The notes under the pieces: generated by a model | Database searches by the model: none | What the model was told of the DNA's origin: nothing | Seen by the model: the letters and a program-made list of their open reading frames with translations, nothing else | Origin: an uncultured Oscillospiraceae bacterium | Lineage (GTDB): Bacteria > Bacillota > Clostridia > Oscillospirales > Acutalibacteraceae | Reading direction: 5' to 3' | Length of the DNA stretch: 64,000 nucleotides | Assembly (NCBI GenBank): GCA_902492895.1 | Contig: CABUNG010000008.1 | Coordinates: 19,045-83,044, forward strand | Program-made: the position numbers and the translations under genes | Part shown: positions 59,176 to 64,000 of the stretch, piece by piece | How positions within the stretch are numbered: position 1 is the stretch's first letter | How the letters are laid out: every line of letters begins with the position of its first letter

Positions 59176-60657
59176 ATGAATACTCATAAAAAATGGTGCG
59201 TTGGCACGCTATCAGCGACACTGGCTTTTCTGCTAATCATTGCCGGTGTCACTATATTTGTGGATCCGTTCTTTCACTATCACAAACCCTTTGAAAAGAT
59301 ACCCTATACGCTTAATGACCAGAATTATCAAAACCCGGGAATCGTCCGTCATTTTGATTACGACGCTTTGATTACCGGGACATCCATGACGGAGAACTTT
59401 AAAACAAGCAATTTTGCTGAAGTATTAGGTGTCAACGCCATTAAGGTTCCTTACGCCGGTGGCCGATCCATGAATATGCGTATTATTTTGGAAAAGGCCC
59501 TGAAAAATAATCCAAACCTGCAGACGGTATATCTGGGATTGGATTTATATATGCTCAAAGCCCAGGATACCAACGAAACCCGAAATCCCTTGCCTGAATT
59601 CCTATATAATTCAAATCCCTTTGACGACGTTCGATATTTATATAATAAAGATGTATTCTTCAACCGCGTAAAACCCAGTCTGACGAACGCGTTGAAGGGA
59701 ACGCCCTCAACATCATTCGATCAATATTCTTCCTGGTATGAATCCTATACTTTCAGTCAATATACGGTAATTGGTTCCGATTGGGATATGCCTAGAGCGG
59801 AGAGGCCGGATTACTCGTTGGATGACGCTATAAAAATAGCGGATGATAACTTAAAGAAAAATATTCTTCCCCTGATAGAGGCGTATCCTCAAGTAAAATT
59901 TGTAATATTTTATCCTCCTTACAGCATTCTGTATTGGTATTCCAATTACGCAGAGTACGAAATTGGCCTGCAAGAACATGCTGTTAGAACTTTGATGCCG
60001 TATCCAAATGTTGAACAATACTTATTCCAAAATGACCACCAGATTGTAACAGACTTGTACAATTATAAGGATTACACGCATTACGGACCTGATATAAACA
60101 CGTATATGGTCCATTGTTTTAAAGACGGAACGCATCGGCTGACTCCCGACAATGTCGAATCGGAACTGTCAAAAATGAAAGATTTAGTAAGAAATTTTGA
60201 TTATGGTCTGCTTTTTGGACAAAGTAACCCTTTTATAAGAGAAAATAATCTTCTAAATTATCTGGACAAGTTAAATGACTCGCGTTATATAGCTTTTGTA
60301 GCATCCCAATCCGAGGAGCCAGTATCGGCGTATGATATATTTGGGAGTCAATATACACGATTTGGATTGGATAACACACAAAACAGCTGTGGTTTTGGCG
60401 CCATTATCCAGGGAGATACTACTCTGTTTCAAAAATCATCCGATATCATATCCTTCCACGATGTCACCATAAATCTGAAGGTCGGCATCGTTTCGGAAAA
60501 AAGGGATGGATCAAATTATGTCCAGATAACGATTGACGGAACATCCTATACAACGAATCAGCCCGGCGTTAACATCGTTGTATACGATACTGTATTACAG
60601 CGTGTGTTGGACAACATCGCTGTGGATATCACAAGCGGCCGTATCAGCAGAGTGTAA
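59176..60657 (+). CDS. MBOAT partner protein (DltD/AlgJ/DHHW-like extracytoplasmic acyltransferase/hydrolase) with an N-terminal TM anchor.
   Basis: 493 aa, N-terminal TM, D-x-T/H-H/Y-like motif (KDYTHYGPD). Always-paired gene position after MBOAT. Low GC. Confidence 0.5.
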   Translation: MNTHKKWCVGTLSATLAFLLIIAGVTIFVDPFFHYHKPFEKIPYTLNDQNYQNPGIVRHFDYDALITGTSMTENFKTSNFAEVLGVNAIKVPYAGGRSMNMRIILEKALKNNPNLQTVYLGLDLYMLKAQDTNETRNPLPEFLYNSNPFDDVRYLYNKDVFFNRVKPSLTNALKGTPSTSFDQYSSWYESYTFSQYTVIGSDWDMPRAERPDYSLDDAIKIADDNLKKNILPLIEAYPQVKFVIFYPPYSILYWYSNYAEYEIGLQEHAVRTLMPYPNVEQYLFQNDHQIVTDLYNYKDYTHYGPDINTYMVHCFKDGTHRLTPDNVESELSKMKDLVRNFDYGLLFGQSNPFIRENNLLNYLDKLNDSRYIAFVASQSEEPVSAYDIFGSQYTRFGLDNTQNSCGFGAIIQGDTTLFQKSSDIISFHDVTINLKVGIVSEKRDGSNYVQITIDGTSYTTNQPGVNIVVYDTVLQRVLDNIAVDITSGRISRV

Positions 60658-60673
60658 AAACAATTTTAACATA

Positions 60674-60717
60674 AGAGCGGACAGGAATGTGGTCACCATT
60701 CCTGTCCGCTCTTTTTT
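60674..60717 (+). terminator. Rho-independent terminator ending the MBOAT pair.
   Basis: AGAGCGGACAGGAAU-guggucacc-AUUCCUGUCCGCUCU followed by UUUUU. Confidence 0.8.
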
Positions 60718-60816
60718 AACCCTTATGCGGTCGTTTGGGCTCTGTCAAGAGATTTTTTATTTTTTAGGTGCCAAACTTCCATCTCCTTTTTTAGTTGTTT
60801 TTGCGAAGAGCGCCTA

Positions 60817-60884
60817 TTGACAAGCCCCTACATATTGTTTATAATTGTCTCCGGATTCCAAAATCGTCCACAACATATAGTGTG
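60817..60884 (+). promoter_or_regulatory. nrdD promoter TTGACA(60817-60822)-17 nt-TATAAT(60840-60845) with two NrdR-box-like palindromes. Box 1 overlaps the spacer (ccCTACATATTGTTTAt, about 60826-60843). Box 2 lies downstream of the -10 (CACAACATATAGTGTG, 60869-60884).
   Basis: Canonical -35/-10 spacing. Box 2 is a near-perfect acaCwAtATaTwGtgt-type palindrome, and the boxes are spaced about three helical turns apart. Confidence 0.65.
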
Positions 60885-60915
60885 CCCACTCAGCACCTAT
60901 CAAAGGAGACTCGCC

Positions 60916-63186
60916 ATGATCACCTGCATTAGGAAACGCGACGGCCGCACCCGTCCGTTCGACACCGAAAAAATCGCCAACGCCATATATAAGGCCGCTC
61001 AGGCCATCGGCGGACACGATTATCAGACCTCGCTGGCCCTGGCCAACCGGGTATCCACCGAATTGGAGGCACAGCTCGGTGAGACCCCGCCGACCGTGGA
61101 GCAGGTTCAGGACACGGTGGAACGGGTCTTGATTGAAAACGGACATGCCCGCACGGCGAAAGAATTTATCCTCTATCGGGCCGAGCGGACCCGCATCCGC
61201 GAGATGAACACCCGCTTAATGAAAACCATGGAGGATCTCACCTTCCAGGACGCCAAGGACAACGACGTCAAGCGTGAAAACGCCAATATCGACGGCGATT
61301 CCCCCATGGGCACTATGCTGAAATACGGCTCGGAAAGCGCCAAACAATTTTATGAGATGTTCATTCTCAAGCCCGCCCATTCCGAGGCCCACCGCAACGG
61401 GGACATCCATATCCATGATTTGGATTTTCTGACTTTGACCACCACCTGCTGCCAAATCGATATCCAAAAGCTGTTTCGCGGCGGGTTCGGCACAGGCCAC
61501 GGTTTCCTGCGGGAACCCAATGACATTGCGAGCTATGCGGCGCTGGCCTGCATCGCCATCCAGTCCAATCAGAACGATCAGCACGGGGGCCAGAGCATCC
61601 CGAACTTCGATTACGGGATGGCGGACGGCGTCAAAAAAACCTACCGCCGCCTTTACCGCCAGAATCTCGCCCGGGCGCTGGATCTCCTGACCGACGCGAA
61701 AGAGCCGGAAGAAACGGCCAAAAAGCTGATCGCGGCCGTCGAGGATGAAACCGGCACAACAGCCTCTTTGTCGGGCGGCAACGGTTTCGATGAGGCGGTT
61801 CTCGAAGCGCTTTCGGAAACCGTCGACTGTCCCATGGCGGAAAAAATTCTCGCGTTCGTCCGCAAACGGGCGGATGAGGAGACCGACCGTGCGACGTACC
61901 AGGCCATGGAAGCGCTGGTTCACAATCTCAACACCATGCATTCCCGGGCCGGCGCGCAGATCCCTTTCAGTTCCATCAACTACGGCCTGGATACCACGCC
62001 GGAAGGCCGGATGGTGATCCGCAACGTCCTCCTCGCCACCGAAGCAGGACTCGGCAACGGTGAAACGCCGATCTTCCCGATTCACATATTCAAAATCAAG
62101 GACGGCATCAACTACAACCCGGGCGAGCCGAACTACGATCTTTTCAAGCTGGCCTGCCGCGTCAGCGCCAAGCGCCTGTTCCCGAATTTTTCCTTCATTG
62201 ACGCTCCCTTCAATCTCAAGTATTACAAGCCCGGCGATCCGAACACCGAATGCGCCTACATGGGCTGCCGCACCCGCGTTATGGCCAATTCCTACGACCC
62301 CTCCCGCGAGGTGGTCTTCGGCCGGGGGAACCTGTCTTTCACGTCTGTCAACCTCCCCCGTATCGCCATCCGCAGTCACGGCAACGTCGATTTCTTCTTC
62401 GAGGAACTGGACCGCAAAATCGATCTCGTCATCGATCAGCTTCTCGAACGGTTCGAGGTGCAGTGCAAAAAGAAGGTGCGCAACTACACCTTCCTGATGG
62501 GCCAGGGCGTCTGGATCGATTCGGACAAGCTGGATCCGGACGACGAAGTGCGGGAAGTGCTCAAGCACGGCACTCTGACACTCGGTTTCATCGGTCTCGC
62601 GGAATGCCTCAAATCCCTGCTGGGAGCCCATCACGGGGAAAGCCGGGAGGCGCAGAACCTGGGACTGGAGATTGTGGGCTACATGCGCAAACGGATGGAT
62701 GAGGCTTGCCAGAAGTACCACTTGAATTTCTCCCTGATCGCCACCCCCGCCGAGGGCCTGTCCGGCCGGTTCGTCCGGATCGACCGGCAGAAATACGGAT
62801 CCATCCCCGGCGTGACCGATCGGCCGTATTACACCAACTCGTTCCATGTTCCGGTTTATTACGATATCAACGCGTTCGATAAAATCGCGATCGAGGCGCC
62901 TTATCACGATCTGACCAACGGCGGCCACATCACGTATGTGGAACTCGACGGCGATCCCTCTGAAAACCTGGAGGCCTTTGAAACCGTGATCCGGGCCATG
63001 AAGGAAGCGGGCGTCGGCTATGGCTCGATCAACCATCCGGTCGATCGGGATCCGGTCTGCGGCTACACCGGTATCATCGGGGATGTCTGTCCCCGATGCG
63101 GCCGCCGCGAAGGCGAGGCCCTTTCCCCCGAAAAAATTGCGGAGCTGCGCAAAATGTATCCCAATATGCCCTGTTCCTGCCATTAA
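60916..63186 (+). CDS. nrdD: Anaerobic ribonucleoside-triphosphate reductase NrdD (class III RNR): ATP-cone plus catalytic barrel plus Cys-rich Zn site. It lacks the C-terminal glycyl-radical segment, which is encoded by the next ORF in the same frame.
   Basis: ATP-cone MITCIRKRDGRTRPFDTEKIANAIYKA. The ORF ends ...CGYTGIIGDVCPRCG...PCSCH* at TAA 63184-63186. AAAGGAGA RBS before ATG at 60916. Confidence 0.9.
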   Translation: MITCIRKRDGRTRPFDTEKIANAIYKAAQAIGGHDYQTSLALANRVSTELEAQLGETPPTVEQVQDTVERVLIENGHARTAKEFILYRAERTRIREMNTRLMKTMEDLTFQDAKDNDVKRENANIDGDSPMGTMLKYGSESAKQFYEMFILKPAHSEAHRNGDIHIHDLDFLTLTTTCCQIDIQKLFRGGFGTGHGFLREPNDIASYAALACIAIQSNQNDQHGGQSIPNFDYGMADGVKKTYRRLYRQNLARALDLLTDAKEPEETAKKLIAAVEDETGTTASLSGGNGFDEAVLEALSETVDCPMAEKILAFVRKRADEETDRATYQAMEALVHNLNTMHSRAGAQIPFSSINYGLDTTPEGRMVIRNVLLATEAGLGNGETPIFPIHIFKIKDGINYNPGEPNYDLFKLACRVSAKRLFPNFSFIDAPFNLKYYKPGDPNTECAYMGCRTRVMANSYDPSREVVFGRGNLSFTSVNLPRIAIRSHGNVDFFFEELDRKIDLVIDQLLERFEVQCKKKVRNYTFLMGQGVWIDSDKLDPDDEVREVLKHGTLTLGFIGLAECLKSLLGAHHGESREAQNLGLEIVGYMRKRMDEACQKYHLNFSLIATPAEGLSGRFVRIDRQKYGSIPGVTDRPYYTNSFHVPVYYDINAFDKIAIEAPYHDLTNGGHITYVELDGDPSENLEAFETVIRAMKEAGVGYGSINHPVDRDPVCGYTGIIGDVCPRCGRREGEALSPEKIAELRKMYPNMPCSCH

Positions 63187-63222
63187 CACACCCATTTCAA
63201 TATAGAAAGGACAGACTCGTAT

Positions 63223-63393
63223 ATGGAAAAGACCACCGCTGCAGGAGAAAACGTCGGATTTGAGCGCATTCGCCGGATTACCGGTTATCTGGTCGGCACC
63301 CTCGATCATTTCAACGACGCGAAATACGCCGAGGTGCAGGACCGCGTTAAGCACTCGATGGGGACCGGCACCGGCGAACTGGAGCAAATCTGA
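63223..63393 (+). CDS. Stand-alone 56-aa glycyl-radical domain ORF (MEKTTAAGENVGFERIRRITGYLVGTLDHFNDAKYAEVQDRVKHSMGTGTGELEQI). It is in frame with nrdD, 12 codons after its TAA.
   Basis: RITGY glycyl-radical motif and an EVQDRVKH C-terminal NrdD block. AAAGGA-like RBS 11 nt upstream. Absent from the ORF track (under 60 aa). Confidence 0.55.
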   Translation: MEKTTAAGENVGFERIRRITGYLVGTLDHFNDAKYAEVQDRVKHSMGTGTGELEQI

Positions 63394-63478
63394 AGCACGT
63401 TGTCCCCAAAAAAGCGCCAACGGCTATGCCCGCTGGCGCTTTTATCACGGATTTTTCTCACAGGAAGGAGCCGTCAAT

Positions 63479-63985
63479 ATGGCCATCATCCGTCTGGCGG
63501 GCGTCATCCGGGAATCCATTGTGGACGGTCCGGGATTCCGCTTTGTCGTATTCACACAGGGGTGTCCTCACCACTGCCCCGGCTGTCAGAATCCCGACAC
63601 CCACGATCCGGCGGGAGGATACGACGGCGATACCGATCGTCTGTTTGAAGAATTCTGCAAGAATCCTCTCCTCGCAGGCATCACGTTTTCGGGCGGCGAT
63701 CCCTTCCTGCAGCCCCTGCCGCTGGTGGATCTGGCCCGCAAGGTCCACGCGCAGTGGAAAAACGTGATCACCTATACGGGATACACCATCGAGTATCTGA
63801 TGGCCCATTTGGAGGAACACGAGGGGTGGCGGGAACTGCTTCTGGCCACCGACCGCTTGGTGGACGGCCCGTTTATCGAATCCCTGCGGTCTCCCCTGCT
63901 TCATTTCCGGGGCTCCTCCAATCAGCGGGTCTTGGATCCGGCCGCCTCCCTGGCCGCCGGCCGGCCTGTGGAAGTGGATTTCTGA
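63479..63985 (+). CDS. nrdG: Anaerobic ribonucleotide reductase activating protein (radical SAM).
   Basis: GPGFRFVVFTQGCPHHCPGCQNPDT radical-SAM cluster motif, 168 aa from MAIIRLAG with a GGAGG-like RBS. Confidence 0.85.
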   Translation: MAIIRLAGVIRESIVDGPGFRFVVFTQGCPHHCPGCQNPDTHDPAGGYDGDTDRLFEEFCKNPLLAGITFSGGDPFLQPLPLVDLARKVHAQWKNVITYTGYTIEYLMAHLEEHEGWRELLLATDRLVDGPFIESLRSPLLHFRGSSNQRVLDPAASLAAGRPVEVDF

Positions 63986-64000
63986 TTCTGCACAGACAGG

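Noticed and set aside
1-64000. Search for tRNA/rRNA genes, IS elements, integrases and CRISPR arrays.
   Set aside because: No cloverleaf-like conserved tRNA blocks, no rRNA signatures, no transposase or integrase ORFs, and no regularly spaced repeats were recognised by eye. A tRNAscan/ISfinder run would be needed to be certain.

Overview
This 64 kb window is a high-GC (about 60%) Firmicutes/Clostridia-type chromosomal segment, possibly Oscillospiraceae-like, made up almost entirely of core housekeeping operons. It has a few lower-GC inserts and several unusual gene interruptions.

Gene content, left to right:
- **Positions 1-6040, minus strand:** a histidine operon, hisZ-hisG-hisD-hisC-hisB, ending in an unusual hisA-hisI fusion.
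- **Positions 6.1-17.6 kb, minus strand:** polC-ispG-rseP-dxr-cdsA-uppS-frr-pyrH.
- **Positions 17.8-23.5 kb, minus strand:** ilvD, two hypothetical envelope proteins (a transglutaminase-like Cys-repeat lipoprotein and a membrane protein), then lysS-greA.
- **Positions 23.7-26.1 kb, plus strand:** an ABC transporter pair.
- **Positions 26.1-26.3 kb:** a Tyr-rich 36-codon leader ORF followed by an intrinsic terminator, sitting directly in front of a type I-beta DAHP synthase. This is a candidate peptide-mediated attenuator.
- **Positions 27.4-34.3 kb:** a HAD hydrolase, an AraC regulator divergent from galK-galT, and a polysaccharide deacetylase plus SH3-amidase pair.
- **Positions 35.4-39.7 kb, minus strand:** DUF1836-NfeD-flotillin-DUF975-zinc-ribbon membrane protein. 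The zinc-ribbon gene appears frameshifted at a C6 run.
- **Positions 40.0-42.7 kb:** an OmpR-type regulator and a histidine kinase. The kinase ORF is split by a single in-frame TAG.
- **Positions 42.8-47.2 kb:** queA, then a lysine riboswitch (L-box) in front of asd-dapA-dapB.
- **Positions 47.3-54.3 kb:** an FAD oxidoreductase, mscS, and the ctsR-mcsA-mcsB-clpC operon with a clear CtsR operator.
- **Positions 54.4-54.9 kb:** two tandem, unannotated tiny ORFs (46 and 51 aa) encoding single-TM proteins with C-terminal (Gly-Cys)n tails.
- **Positions 54.9-60.7 kb:** a lower-GC region holding a BtrH_N-like papain-fold protein, a bacterial-PH protein, an E2-like acyltransferase-domain protein, and a 38%-GC MBOAT + DltD/AlgJ-like O-acyltransferase pair.
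- **Positions 60.8-64.0 kb:** nrdD-nrdG with a promoter and NrdR boxes. The NrdD glycyl-radical domain is encoded as a separate in-frame 56-codon mini-ORF after a TAA.

No tRNA, rRNA, CRISPR, transposase or integrase genes were recognised. All coordinates I derived by hand (starts, boxes, hairpins) are good to about 1-3 nt.
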